From the NCBI GenBank assembly GCA_963664225.1, contig OY760937.1, positions 2,144,001 to 2,208,000 on the forward strand: a stretch of 64,000 nt of DNA, given 5' to 3'. Origin of the DNA: Verrucomicrobiia bacterium. Lineage in GTDB: Bacteria > Verrucomicrobiota > Verrucomicrobiia > Limisphaerales > UBA1319. Each line of letters opens with the position of its first letter. The stretch's first letter is position 1. Positions 37,071 through 48,132 of this stretch are shown here, piece by piece. The notes under the pieces are model-generated. The model did not search any database, was not told the origin of the DNA, and saw only the letters and a list, made by a program, of their open reading frames with translations. Position numbers and translations under genes: made by a program.

Positions 37071-38237
37071 ATGAAATCCATAGATCATAATCATAACGAA
37101 ACGAGGACGATCGAAGAACTGCCGCAAGTCGACACACATCAGCCCCGGATGGGAACTGACTCGCAGGACCGGATTAAACACGATGGCGATGGGCCTCCAA
37201 ACACGCAGGAAGTTCCGAGCCGGTCAAAAACAAAAAGGCGCATTGCCTTGGTGGTTCTCGCTCTGCTGGCTGGAGCCGCCGCCGCGCTGTATTACTTCCG
37301 GTATGTCGTACCTTTCGAGTCCACCGACAACGCGTTCATTGAAGGTTATGTCGTGCCGATGGCATCGCAAGTGCCGGGACGCGTCGGAGAATTGTTGGTA
37401 AAAGACAACCAGGCGGTCAAACAGGGCGAGGTGATCCTGAAAATTGACCCGCGTGATTACGAGGCAAGCCTCGCACAAGCGCGCGCCGATCTGGCGGCGG
37501 CACGCAGTCGAGTGGAGCAAGCCAAGGCGCAAGTCAATGCAAGCGAAGCTAAAGTCGCGCAGGCGCAGGCTGCAATCATTGCCGCCGACGCGGAAAACCA
37601 ACGCGCGGCGGACGATCTCAAGCGTTACGAATCTGTCGAAAGCCGGGCGGTTTCCAAGAGCGCGTTTGACCTGGCGAAGTCCCAGGCGCGCGCGGCCAGC
37701 GCCAATTTGGAGGCGGCGCGCAGCCAGGCCAGGGCCGCCGAGGCGGAAGTGGCTTTGAGCGCGGCGGGAGTTGAAACCGCGAGCGCCGCCGTGCAACAGG
37801 CTGAAGCCAGACTCAGGCAGTCCGAGTTGAATCTTTCCTACACACAAGTCACCGCGCCCGAAGAAGGCAGGGTCACGCGCCGCGTCGTGGAAAAAGGCGC
37901 GTATATCCAGCCCGGCCAGGCGCTCATGGCGATTGTGCCGCGCCATTATTGGGTCGTTGCCAACTTCAAGGAAATACAACTGACCCGCATGCGCGTCGGC
38001 CAGCCGGTCGAGGTCGTTGTGGATGCCTATCCGGACCGCGTTTTCAAGGGTCATGTGGATGGCATTCAAAGCGGCGCAGGCGCGCGATTCAGTCTGTTCC
38101 CGCCGGAGAACGCCACCGGCAACTATATCAAGGTGGTGCAGCGCGTGCCCGTAAAAATCGTTCTGGATGACCTGCCCGGAAACGACCTCGCCCTTGGCCC
38201 CGGAATGTCCGTGGTTCCCAAAGTGCGCGTGAAGTAA
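37071..38237 (+). CDS. emrA: EmrA/HlyD-family membrane fusion protein
   Basis: STDNAFI, coiled coil, WVVANFKE, FSLFPPENATGNYIKVVQRVPV. Confidence 0.93.
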   Translation: MKSIDHNHNETRTIEELPQVDTHQPRMGTDSQDRIKHDGDGPPNTQEVPSRSKTKRRIALVVLALLAGAAAALYYFRYVVPFESTDNAFIEGYVVPMASQVPGRVGELLVKDNQAVKQGEVILKIDPRDYEASLAQARADLAAARSRVEQAKAQVNASEAKVAQAQAAIIAADAENQRAADDLKRYESVESRAVSKSAFDLAKSQARAASANLEAARSQARAAEAEVALSAAGVETASAAVQQAEARLRQSELNLSYTQVTAPEEGRVTRRVVEKGAYIQPGQALMAIVPRHYWVVANFKEIQLTRMRVGQPVEVVVDAYPDRVFKGHVDGIQSGAGARFSLFPPENATGNYIKVVQRVPVKIVLDDLPGNDLALGPGMSVVPKVRVK

Positions 38238-38279
38238 CCAAATTCACCCTGCCGAGAAACAATCAATTGCCCGCAGCTT

Positions 38280-39836
38280 ATGAATGGCGATTCGAACCAG
38301 CTTAAAATCAATCCGTGGATCATCGCGATTGCGGTGATTCTGCCGACCTTCATCGAAGTGCTCGACACCACGGTCGTCAGCGTCGCGCTCCAAACCATCG
38401 CGGGCAATCTCGCGGCCACAGTGTCGCAGGCGACGTGGATTCAGACGGGCTACCTCATTTCAAACGCCATCGTCCTGCCTGCCAGCGCGTGGTTTTCCGC
38501 GAAGTTTGGGCGAAAGCGGTTTCTCATGGTCTGCATCGGCATTTTCACAGCGGCTTCGTTTGCTTGCGGCGCCGCGCCGAATCTTCCCTTCCTGATCTTT
38601 GCGTCCATCGTGCAAGGCGCGGGCGGCGGCGCCTTGCAGCCCATCTCCCAGGCCATCTTGATGGAGAGTTTCCCGCCTGCCAGGCGCGGCGCGGCCATGG
38701 CGGCCTATGTGTTGGGCGTGGTGCTGGCGCCCGTGCTGGGACCGGTTGTGGGGGGCTGGCTCACGGAGAATTATTCCTGGCGCTGGATTTTTTACATTAA
38801 CATCCCCTGTGGATTGTTCGCCCTTTGGATGATCCAACAATTCGTCTTTGACCCGGAATACATTCGCAACATCAAGCCTGGGCGCATTGACACCATTGGC
38901 TTCAGCGTCCTGGCGATTTGGCTCGGCACTCTGCAAACAGTCCTGAACAAGGGGCAGGATGAAGATTGGTTCAATTCCCAATACATTTGCTGGCTTTCGG
39001 TGATTTCCATCATTGCGTTTGTCGCGTTTATCGTGAGGGAGTTTTCGACCCGCGAACCGCTTTCCAATCTGCGGGTCTTCGGCGACCGGAACTTTCTGTT
39101 CAGCTCGATTCTGATCTCGATCATCTTCTTCCTTCTCTATGGCATCATGAATTTGCAGCCGCTGATGGCGCAAGGACTGATGGGTTACACCGCCTATGTC
39201 AGCGGATTGACGCAGATGTCACGAGGCTGGGGTATGCTGGTCTTCACACCCCTGGTGGGGGTGTTGACCGGGAAAGTGGATAATCGTTTTCTGGTCGGCC
39301 CCGGAATCCTCATCACGGCTGCGGCGGCCTTTATGATGGGCAATTTCAACCTCGACATTTCCAGCGCCGCGTATTTTTGGCCCAACTTTCTCCAGGGAAT
39401 GGGAATCGCGCTGACCACCGTTCCGCTGATGACCATCGCCGTATCCACCGTTCGCAACGAGGAGATGGGCAATGCCACCGGGCTGTTCGCGCTGGTGCGC
39501 AACCTGGCAGGCAGCATCGGCATTGCCGTTGCGATTGCCATGGTCTCGCGCGGCGCGCTGCGACACCAGGCCTATCTGGTAAGTCATCTGACTCCTTATG
39601 ATCTGCCTTGCCAGAATGCGGTGCAAATGGGGCAAATTGCCCTGACACCCGCGATGGGAGCCGCTCAGGCGCAGCCCGGAGCCTTGGGCGCGATCTACAA
39701 ATCACTGCTGCTGCACTCCAACATGCTCGGCTTTGTTGACGAGTTCCGCTGGCTGGCAACAATCTGCCTCCTCTCTGTGCCGCTTGTGCTTCTTTTGAAA
39801 AAGGCCCAGGCCAGAAAAGACGTAATGCTGCATTAA
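38280..39836 (+). CDS. emrB: DHA2 (EmrB/QacA) MFS efflux permease
   Basis: EVLDTTVV, QGAGGGALQP, WRWIFYINIP; about 14 TMs. Confidence 0.93.
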   Translation: MNGDSNQLKINPWIIAIAVILPTFIEVLDTTVVSVALQTIAGNLAATVSQATWIQTGYLISNAIVLPASAWFSAKFGRKRFLMVCIGIFTAASFACGAAPNLPFLIFASIVQGAGGGALQPISQAILMESFPPARRGAAMAAYVLGVVLAPVLGPVVGGWLTENYSWRWIFYINIPCGLFALWMIQQFVFDPEYIRNIKPGRIDTIGFSVLAIWLGTLQTVLNKGQDEDWFNSQYICWLSVISIIAFVAFIVREFSTREPLSNLRVFGDRNFLFSSILISIIFFLLYGIMNLQPLMAQGLMGYTAYVSGLTQMSRGWGMLVFTPLVGVLTGKVDNRFLVGPGILITAAAAFMMGNFNLDISSAAYFWPNFLQGMGIALTTVPLMTIAVSTVRNEEMGNATGLFALVRNLAGSIGIAVAIAMVSRGALRHQAYLVSHLTPYDLPCQNAVQMGQIALTPAMGAAQAQPGALGAIYKSLLLHSNMLGFVDEFRWLATICLLSVPLVLLLKKAQARKDVMLH

Positions 39837-39850
39837 ACCGTCCGCAAACA

Positions 39851-41356
39851 ATGAAAACTATTCCTGATAATTACCACTTTATGAAACACTATCCTCAAGT
39901 CCTCATTCCGGGCGCGGCCCTGGCTCTCAGTCTTTTCCAGGGCTGCGCCGTTGGTCCCAATTACCAGCAACCGAAAACCGCCGCGCCCGCCCAATGGAGC
40001 GCGCCCATGGCCGGCGGCGAAACGAACCTTGCGCCGTCCCTCGCCGGGTGGTGGAAGGGCTTTAACGACCCGCAACTCGACTCCCTAATCGAGCGGGCCG
40101 TGAAAGCCAACCACGATCTGCAAATCGCCGGGGCTCGCGTTCGCGAAGCCCGGGCCCAATACCGCATAGCCTCCTCGCAACTCTGGCCCACGGTAAATGC
40201 CGGCGGCTCCTACGCGCGTCAAAACCAAAGCAAGAATCAGCCGCTCATCGGCTCTCTCCCCGTGCCCCCGGGCACTCCGTTTGAAAACAACGTCTATCAG
40301 GCAGGATTCGATGCCTCCTGGGAAATCGATGTTTTCGGCGGAACACGCCGAGAGGTTCAGGCCGGAAAGGCCGAAGTTGCCGCCGCCGAATTTGGCCGAC
40401 GAAACGTGCTGGTGACGTTGCTGGGCGAGGTTGCGCGCAATTACGTCGAGACCCGTGGTCTCCAGCGCCGGTTGGAAATTGCGAACAAGAACCTCAAAAC
40501 GCAGGAAGAGGCTTTGGCCATTACGGAGAACCGGTGCAAGAACGGACTAACCAGCGACCTCGATGTGCAGCAGGCCGCCACGCTGCTGGCGAATACGCGG
40601 GCGGCTATTCCCATGCTGGAGAGCGGCATTCAAGGTTATATCCACCGCCTTGGCGTGCTCCTGGGCCAGCCGCCCGAAGCGCTCCTGGCGGAGTTGTCTG
40701 CGCCGGCCCCCATTCCTGCCGCCCCGCCTGTCGTGCCGGCTGGACTACCATCCGACCTGCTGCGCCGCCGCCCGGACATTCAACAGGCTGAACGGCAACT
40801 GGCCGCATCCACCGCGCGCATCGGGGTTGCCACGGCGGACTTGTTTCCGAAGTTCTACCTGACGGGTCTGGCCGGATTCCAAAGCACCAGCGCCTCCGAC
40901 TGGTTCACCGGGGATAGCAAGTTCTGGTCAGTCGGGCCGACCGTACAGTGGAGGATCTTCGACGCGGGGCGCATCCGGGCCAACATCCGGGTGCAGAACG
41001 CCCGCCAGGAGCAGGCCCTGGCGGCCTATGAAAAGACCGTGCTGATGTCATTCGAAGACGTCGAAAATTCGCTGGTTGCCTATGCCAAGGAACAGATCCG
41101 ACGGCGTTCGCTCGAGGACGCGGTGAAGTCCAGCCAGGATTCGCTGCGCCTGGCCAGCCAGCTCTACTCCAACGGCCTCGCCAGCTTCATCAACGTGCTC
41201 GATGCCGAGCGATCTCTCTACCTGGCCGAAGACGCGCTGGTCCAGAGTGACAGGGCGGTGACCCAGAATCTCATAAGTCTCTATAAAGCCCTGGGCGGCG
41301 GATGGGAAGCACTGGAGCGGCCGTCTCAACTCGCGCAGACACAAACAACCAAATGA
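39851..41356 (+). CDS. Outer-membrane efflux lipoprotein (NodT/OprM family)
   Basis: GCAVGPNY lipobox, WWxxFNDPQL, LLRRRPDI, LYKALGGGW. Confidence 0.95.
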   Translation: MKTIPDNYHFMKHYPQVLIPGAALALSLFQGCAVGPNYQQPKTAAPAQWSAPMAGGETNLAPSLAGWWKGFNDPQLDSLIERAVKANHDLQIAGARVREARAQYRIASSQLWPTVNAGGSYARQNQSKNQPLIGSLPVPPGTPFENNVYQAGFDASWEIDVFGGTRREVQAGKAEVAAAEFGRRNVLVTLLGEVARNYVETRGLQRRLEIANKNLKTQEEALAITENRCKNGLTSDLDVQQAATLLANTRAAIPMLESGIQGYIHRLGVLLGQPPEALLAELSAPAPIPAAPPVVPAGLPSDLLRRRPDIQQAERQLAASTARIGVATADLFPKFYLTGLAGFQSTSASDWFTGDSKFWSVGPTVQWRIFDAGRIRANIRVQNARQEQALAAYEKTVLMSFEDVENSLVAYAKEQIRRRSLEDAVKSSQDSLRLASQLYSNGLASFINVLDAERSLYLAEDALVQSDRAVTQNLISLYKALGGGWEALERPSQLAQTQTTK

Positions 41357-41427
41357 TCTTCGCAGAGGCGAACTGGATGAACCCGTCAGGCGCGGAAGCG
41401 AGGCCATGCAAGCCGGGTGGGAAGGCA

Positions 41428-42047
41428 TGAACGCAATTACTCAATTCCTTATTTCACACGGTGGCTTGATTTTGTTCGCGATCGCCTTCGCGGAACAGTT
41501 TGGCTTGCCGTTGCCGGGAGCGCCGTGGCTCATGGCGGCGGGCGCTCTCTCCGCCAGCGGGAAGTTTGGTCTGCCCGCAGCCATCGGATGGGCGGCTGCG
41601 GGCTGTGTCGTTGCCGACGCGGTTTGGTATTTCCTGGGACATCGCGGCAAGGCGCGCGTCTTCCGGATGTTTCCTCATTTGCATTCAGTGCAGGTCCGGC
41701 TTGAGCGCGCCACGCTCGCCAAAACCGTCCTCCACGGCACGCGGATGCTCACGCTGGCAAAATTCCTGCCGTTCGGCACGGTCATTCTCATGCAAGCCGG
41801 CGCGTTGGAGGTCGATCGGCAGCGCTTCCTGCTCGTGGACGCTTTCACCTCGGTGGTTTATGCGTCCGTGTATGCCGCGTTGGGATTCGCTTTTCACAAT
41901 CAACTCGAACAGGTCGTGGCATTCACGCAAAAGCTGAGCGCCGGTTCTTTGCTGCTGATTGTGATTTTGGCGGGAATATACATCGTTTATCGTGTTCTCA
42001 AGCTCCGCCCGAAGAGGGGGACCGCTATTGTCGAAAACGAAGCATAA
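41428..42047 (+). CDS. DedA/VTT-family membrane protein
   Basis: EQFGLPLP, AAGAL, DxxWYFLG, AKFLP. Confidence 0.88.
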
Positions 42048-42104
42048 GCGGAGGAAGCGCCGGGCGCAGGACAAAATTCTTCAGCATGCCGAAAAAGGCT
42101 TTTA

Positions 42105-44079
42105 GTAGAGTAGGCGAAATGGACGGATTGAATGGCCGTGGCCAATGACCGTCGCATTTCGCCCCTCATCGAACCGGACAGGCGGTTTTCCCGCATCCGG
42201 CTCTCCGGGGATCATACGTTGCATCGCTTCGACGTCATCGTTTCCATGCCGCATATTCCGGCATTTGGTATAAACCATAACGCTCATAGAGATCCTCCTT
42301 GGGGTATGTGGACCATTGCGCCCGACTACATCCGTGTTTGCGCCACAACCATCGTTGTAACTTGCTGCTGACGTATTCGTTCATCTGGCCCATCACCTTG
42401 GTGCTGTTCCCGTAGTGAAAGTAACCCTTCCAACCTTTGAGTTTCTTGTTGAGCTCGGGAATCACCTCTCCGATATCACGCCATAGCGTGCTTCGGTTGA
42501 GTTTCTCCCGAATCCCGTCTCGAAACTTCTTCTGGCTCTTGGGATGGGGTTCCACATGCGGATATTTCCATTTCCCCTTCCCCTGTCGCATTGTTAGCGC
42601 GAATCCCAAGAATTTGATGCCATCCTGGCGGAGGTCCACCAAGCGGGTCTTCTTCTCGTTGAGCACTAACTCGCGTTGCTTCAGCCATCGTTCCAGTCGT
42701 TCCATCAGTTCCCGTCCCTGCCCCGGCTGTCCGAGTATCACGAAATCATCCGCGTATCTCACCATCACGGGTTTGAGTTCGCAGCGTTCGTTGACTTCCC
42801 AATCCAACTGGTTGAGGTATGCATTGGCTAAAATCGGCGATACAACCCCGCCTTGCGGAGTCCCCCGTCGATTCTGACCTTGCCCCCCCTTTGTCCCGCC
42901 TTTCCCTGTGTCGCTTTGCGGTTCATTCACGGGCGCGCGCAGCCATCCTGCGATCAGCTTGAGAATTGTTCCATCGCTGACCCGCTTGGCCACTATGCGC
43001 AACAAACGCCTGTGGGGAATGCTGTCAAAATACCCGCTTAAGTCCGCGTCTATAACTTCGACGCGTCCTGTCAGCGTAGCCTTCTTGATCGCCTCCATTG
43101 CTTGGTGGGCATTGCGTTTGGGATGATAGGCGTAACTGTTCGGATGACTATCGGCTTCCAGAATCGGCAGCAATACAATCACCACCGCTGTCTGCACCAC
43201 CCGGTCTTTCACTGTCGGGATGCCCAGGGGTCGCAGCTTCCCGTCTCCTTTTGGTATATACACACGCTTCACCGGGCTTGGCCGATACTTCTTCGTGCGT
43301 AACTCCTCCAGCAGTTGGTTCCGCCATTGGTCCCAGGCTTCGTCGCTGGCAAGATAGACGTCGCATGTCTGCCCGTCGATCCCAGCCGCGCCATTGTTGT
43401 GCGCCACGGAGGCCATTGCCGTTTCCAGCACGTCCTTCCGCAGCAGTTCTCCGTAGAGGCTGTAAAACCGATACTTCGGCTCAGCCTTGGCTTTGCAATA
43501 TAGCGCTCGCTGCAGCTTTTGAACTTTTATCGGGGTTGTTATCCGTTGAAAAAGTGTTTCCACTCCCTCAAGGCCATCTCCCTGTCCCTCGCTGTTTTGA
43601 TTCGCTTCGATCCAAGTGCCTTCCCTTGGCTCCGCCGGGGTTTTGGTCGCCCCAGCTTCTTCGCTACTATGGAAGACTCCGACTTCTCTGGCTGCCCGTG
43701 CGGCCTCGGAGGGTGTTCCTCCTTGCACCGGCGGTTGAGGCTTTATCGCCCCGCCTCCAGAGATCTCCCAGCTTACCTTGGTTTCCCTTCCTGTCGTGTC
43801 GCCCTCGCTGACTCCGCCGGAATCAACAGCGCCCATTTGACGATTTGATGACGCCGCGTTTCTGCCTTCGCCGTTCGGGTAGCGGCTCGGCTTACCGGTT
43901 ATTTCGGTTTCGGAGCTCATTTGATGAGGTTTACTTTCGTTACGACCCGACAGTTCTTTCAGCGTCCCGCTTGTGGTTCGGCCTCACGGCCTCGTCCCGG
44001 ACGCTGCATTTCGGTCGTGAACCGTCTAATTCGACCGGCGGGACTTTCACCCACGAGGCTACCAATTTCACTGGCGCAC
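42105..44079 (-). mobile_element. Group II intron, copy 2 (apparently identical to copy 1)
   Basis: Same GUGCG start, DV/DVI end and internal ORF translations at a constant offset of 36,919 nt. Confidence 0.95.
42235..43920 (-). CDS. ltrA: Group II intron reverse transcriptase/maturase
   Basis: Protein identical to 5316..7001. Confidence 0.95.
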   Translation of the reverse strand: MSSETEITGKPSRYPNGEGRNAASSNRQMGAVDSGGVSEGDTTGRETKVSWEISGGGAIKPQPPVQGGTPSEAARAAREVGVFHSSEEAGATKTPAEPREGTWIEANQNSEGQGDGLEGVETLFQRITTPIKVQKLQRALYCKAKAEPKYRFYSLYGELLRKDVLETAMASVAHNNGAAGIDGQTCDVYLASDEAWDQWRNQLLEELRTKKYRPSPVKRVYIPKGDGKLRPLGIPTVKDRVVQTAVVIVLLPILEADSHPNSYAYHPKRNAHQAMEAIKKATLTGRVEVIDADLSGYFDSIPHRRLLRIVAKRVSDGTILKLIAGWLRAPVNEPQSDTGKGGTKGGQGQNRRGTPQGGVVSPILANAYLNQLDWEVNERCELKPVMVRYADDFVILGQPGQGRELMERLERWLKQRELVLNEKKTRLVDLRQDGIKFLGFALTMRQGKGKWKYPHVEPHPKSQKKFRDGIREKLNRSTLWRDIGEVIPELNKKLKGWKGYFHYGNSTKVMGQMNEYVSSKLQRWLWRKHGCSRAQWSTYPKEDLYERYGLYQMPEYAAWKR

Positions 44080-44243
44080 ACCCGAAATCCGAAATAAGAA
44101 TGGTCAAGACGATGCAATGCTTTGAGACAGCCATGATTTGCAATCGGCGAAGGTGTATTAAACCAATACTCCACAGCCGGTTTCAAACCATGGATGGCCA
44201 AATGATTGCGTCAGATGGGCCGTTCCTATTTCGGATTTCGGGT
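44080..44243. mobile_element. 164-bp palindromic MITE, copy 2
   Basis: Same TIRs; inverted relative to copy 1; TTA at 42102-42104 and at 44244-44246. Confidence 0.85.
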
Positions 44244-44286
44244 TTAACCAACATGGAAGTATATAGGCCGAATGAACACTGTCGGC

Positions 44287-44592
44287 TCAAAAAACTGAAC
44301 GCGCGATCTTCCCTCTCGCCCTGCGACGCACGAGCGGGGAGCGGACAGGATTACTTCTATCCAAACCGTCCCAGCCGCCTGCTTTGATCTCCTTTTTTAG
44401 TTTTGCGGCACAGCCATCTGCTGTCGCATAAGTGGAGTATCGCCGCCGATGGCGGCTGCACGCAGCGTCATAATAAAAAACCATGGAACGGCTTTCCCCG
44501 TCGTGGGTTTCTTTGTAAATGGTGATGTTTGTGGGATCGCCGGTGACATGCACCAGAAACTCCTCTGGTTCAGTGATCGCATTTTTTTTCAT
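44287..44592 (-). pseudogene. Possible remnant of an integrase N-terminal (arm-binding) region
   Basis: TIYK...YYDA..RHRRRYST...A pattern just 3' of a tRNA; no catalytic domain follows. Confidence 0.4.
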
Positions 44593-44733
44593 ACGACCTC
44601 CAGAAAAGACTTTTTTGAGCTTTGCGAGATTCCTTCGGTCACATTTTTGTCACACGGAGCGATGGGACGAATGTGTACCATTGGAAGACCGTTGTAATTC
44701 GTTGCGGCTGAAGGAGTTCCACTTTTTGAGGAA

Positions 44734-44810
44734 TGGAGCGAGCGAAGGGATTTGAACCCTCGACAATCACCTTGGCAAGGTGACACTCTACCAGGCTGAG
44801 TTACGCTCGC
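44734..44810 (-). tRNA. tRNA-Gly (GCC)
   Basis: GCGAGCGTAACTCAGCCTGGTAGAGTGTCACCTTGCCAAGGTGATTGTCGAGGGTTCAAATCCCTTCGCTCGCTCCA: full cloverleaf with encoded CCA. Confidence 0.98.
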
Positions 44811-44947
44811 ACCCGTAATTCGGAGACCAATCTACAAACCGCTCCGGCTTTTGCAAGCCCCGATTTCGATATTCTTTTTGCCGCCTCTGAAAAGGTCCGT
44901 CGGCGGGTTGTCGCCTCGCGGAGTTGCTCAGGCCTCGTGCGGTTGCC

Positions 44948-45871
44948 CTACGACGCCAGGGCGCGGTTGATCCGCTCGATGGCTTCGTCGATTTCCGCCG
45001 TGCTTTTGAACCCGATGACCACGGCGTCCAGCAAACCCAGCCCCATGGCGAATCGGATGCTTTTCTCGCGGTCCTCGGCCTTGGTGAATTCGCCGTTGCC
45101 GATGATTTTCATGCCAATGATGCCCCGTCCCTTGTCGTGCATGGCCTGCAGTTCCTTCAGAACCTCAGGCAGCGTCGTTTCGTTGCCGGACTCGTTCCAA
45201 TTGCTGCTGTGGCCGTCGATGTGCCGCCCCTGGGGATTGACGCGCGCCAGGTGAATGTCCACCCAGGGCACTTGTGTGGCGCGGGTCAGCGCGGGCAGGC
45301 CGTGGCAGGAAACGCCCTTGGCGCGGATGATCTTCTTCTCTTTGGCCTCTTCCATGGCGTCCATCACGCGCTTCTGCTGATCCTGCCAGCCGTTATCGGT
45401 CATGCAGTGAATCAGCAGGCTGTCGATATAATCGGTGTTCAATTCCTTCCGGTAGCGGTCGATCGTTTCCAGTGGTTTTTGGGCGCCGCCCGACATTTTG
45501 GTCTGAATGAAAAGTTTTTCGCGAGGCAATCCCTTTATGGCTTCCGCGATCCACGTGTGTGTCTGGTAACCATCGGCGGTATCGAAAAAGGTGATGCCCT
45601 GGTCGTAGGCGTAACGAATGAGTTTGTTGAATCCCTCATGGCCCAGCGCGCGCTGAACGTTGCCGCTGTTGCTGCCCGCGCCCAGGCCCAGACGGCTCGA
45701 TTTAATGCCCGTCTTCCCCAAATCGACCTGGTCCGCCGCGGTTCTCTTGCCGGGTTGCGCCGCACGTGCGGCCACGGGGAACATTGGTGCCAGTGGCGCC
45801 AACAGGGCCGCTCCGGTGAGCACCGCGCTTTTGCTGATGAATTGCCGACGGTTGAGATCGTAGGTCTGCAT
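44948..45871 (-). CDS. Aldo/keto reductase with Tat signal
   Basis: NRRQFI, LGKTG, FDTADGY, TDYIDSLLIH, GVSCH. Confidence 0.92.
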   Translation of the reverse strand: MQTYDLNRRQFISKSAVLTGAALLAPLAPMFPVAARAAQPGKRTAADQVDLGKTGIKSSRLGLGAGSNSGNVQRALGHEGFNKLIRYAYDQGITFFDTADGYQTHTWIAEAIKGLPREKLFIQTKMSGGAQKPLETIDRYRKELNTDYIDSLLIHCMTDNGWQDQQKRVMDAMEEAKEKKIIRAKGVSCHGLPALTRATQVPWVDIHLARVNPQGRHIDGHSSNWNESGNETTLPEVLKELQAMHDKGRGIIGMKIIGNGEFTKAEDREKSIRFAMGLGLLDAVVIGFKSTAEIDEAIERINRALAS

Positions 45872-46101
45872 AATGTCCTCTGATGGTTTGTGGAGGCCAT
45901 TCTACACCATGACTGACGCGTTGAACAGTCCCCGGTGCACTTTTTTGGCGAGGGTCTGCGAATCCATAAAAATATTTTCGCGCCTCTTGTCGTTGGAAAG
46001 TAACAAATGGACTCACAGGATGCCGCGCCGGATTACTTGTTTTCATTGCGCCAATTCGAGCGTATCTTCGCAGTCGCCTGGACTATTCCATTAATCAAAA
46101 G

Positions 46102-46494
46102 GTGACGGTTGGAGAGTTTCGAGAACTGCTTCTCCGATCAACGCTCGCGGCCCGGCGTCCGATCGATGACACGCCCTGCCTGGAGGGCATGCTTGCGCAC
46201 TCGAACCTGATGGCTGCATGCCGCGATAACGGCCTGCTGGTGGGCCTGGCGCGCTGCGTGACCGATTTTCATTACTGCTGCTATTTGTCCGACCTCGCGG
46301 TCGATGCGGCTTATCAGCGGCGCGGCATTGGCCGGAGGCTTGTGGAGCTCGTGCGCCAGGCCCTGGGACCGCGCTGCCAGATCGTCCTTCTGGCCGCTCC
46401 TGCGGCTGTGGAATACTATCCCCGACTCGGTTTCGAACACCATGATCAGGCCTGGATTTTGCCCCCTGGAAAAGCCCTTCCAAATTCAGTTTGA
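46102..46494 (+). CDS. GNAT-family N-acetyltransferase
   Basis: YLSDLAVDAAYQRRGIG motif A, YYPRLGF; start uncertain (frame open further upstream). Confidence 0.9.
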   Translation: MTVGEFRELLLRSTLAARRPIDDTPCLEGMLAHSNLMAACRDNGLLVGLARCVTDFHYCCYLSDLAVDAAYQRRGIGRRLVELVRQALGPRCQIVLLAAPAAVEYYPRLGFEHHDQAWILPPGKALPNSV

Positions 46495-46598
46495 ATTGTC
46501 ACTTGACAACTCACGCATCATGGTGCATTTTTTGTAGGAAATCCCGGCGAAGTGATTATGCTGTGGATCTCCAAAACAGCAGTGAAAGGAAAAAAGCT

Positions 46599-46721
46599 AT
46601 GGGCGACAAATCTCCGAAGTCCGTGAACAAAAAAGTGACACAGAAGCAGACCAAGGCCACCGCGGTGGTGCAAAAGAAAAAACAGGCCGTAGCCGCAAAA
46701 GCTGTGGCAAAAAAGAAGTAG
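46599..46721 (+). CDS. 40-aa Lys/Ala-rich basic protein
   Basis: GAAAGGA RBS; MGDKSPKSVNKKVTQKQTKATAVVQKKKQAVAAKAVAKKK. Confidence 0.65.
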   Translation: MGDKSPKSVNKKVTQKQTKATAVVQKKKQAVAAKAVAKKK

Positions 46722-47205
46722 GACTGCCTTCTCAAGAGTTGCCGCGCGCTTCATGCCGGCGGACTCAATTTCCAACCCGGTTCCGGGGATTGCAAAGTTC
46801 CCGAAACCGGCAGTAGTTTTTCGCCGGGCAGCCTTCTGACAAACCAAGTGGAAGGCTGTTGAGGCTCTTTTCAGGCGCGGAAACGATCGCGCCGGAGCGC
46901 CTCCTTTCTGGCGCATCGAATGGTGATGGATCGCCGCTGTGATCTGTTGCCTTGGTGGTGTTTCCTCTCCAGTCATCCATTATCGATTGTCCAATGTCGA
47001 TTGGTGCCCGGGTGCGCAGCGATGCTCCCCGCCAAATCGCTGTCATACTCATTTTGGCCTCATTTCCACATATGCCCGTCCTATCTGTCGTGGCGATCAC
47101 TTCGGTCGCAGCTGCTCCACCCTGCAATAATAAGAAGTTCGATCGCTTGACGCATGAATTTCCGGTTTCTTAAGATCCCATGAATCTGACATCGAAAGGT
47201 CACGG

Positions 47206-48128
<923 letters not shown>

Positions 48129-48132
<4 letters not shown>

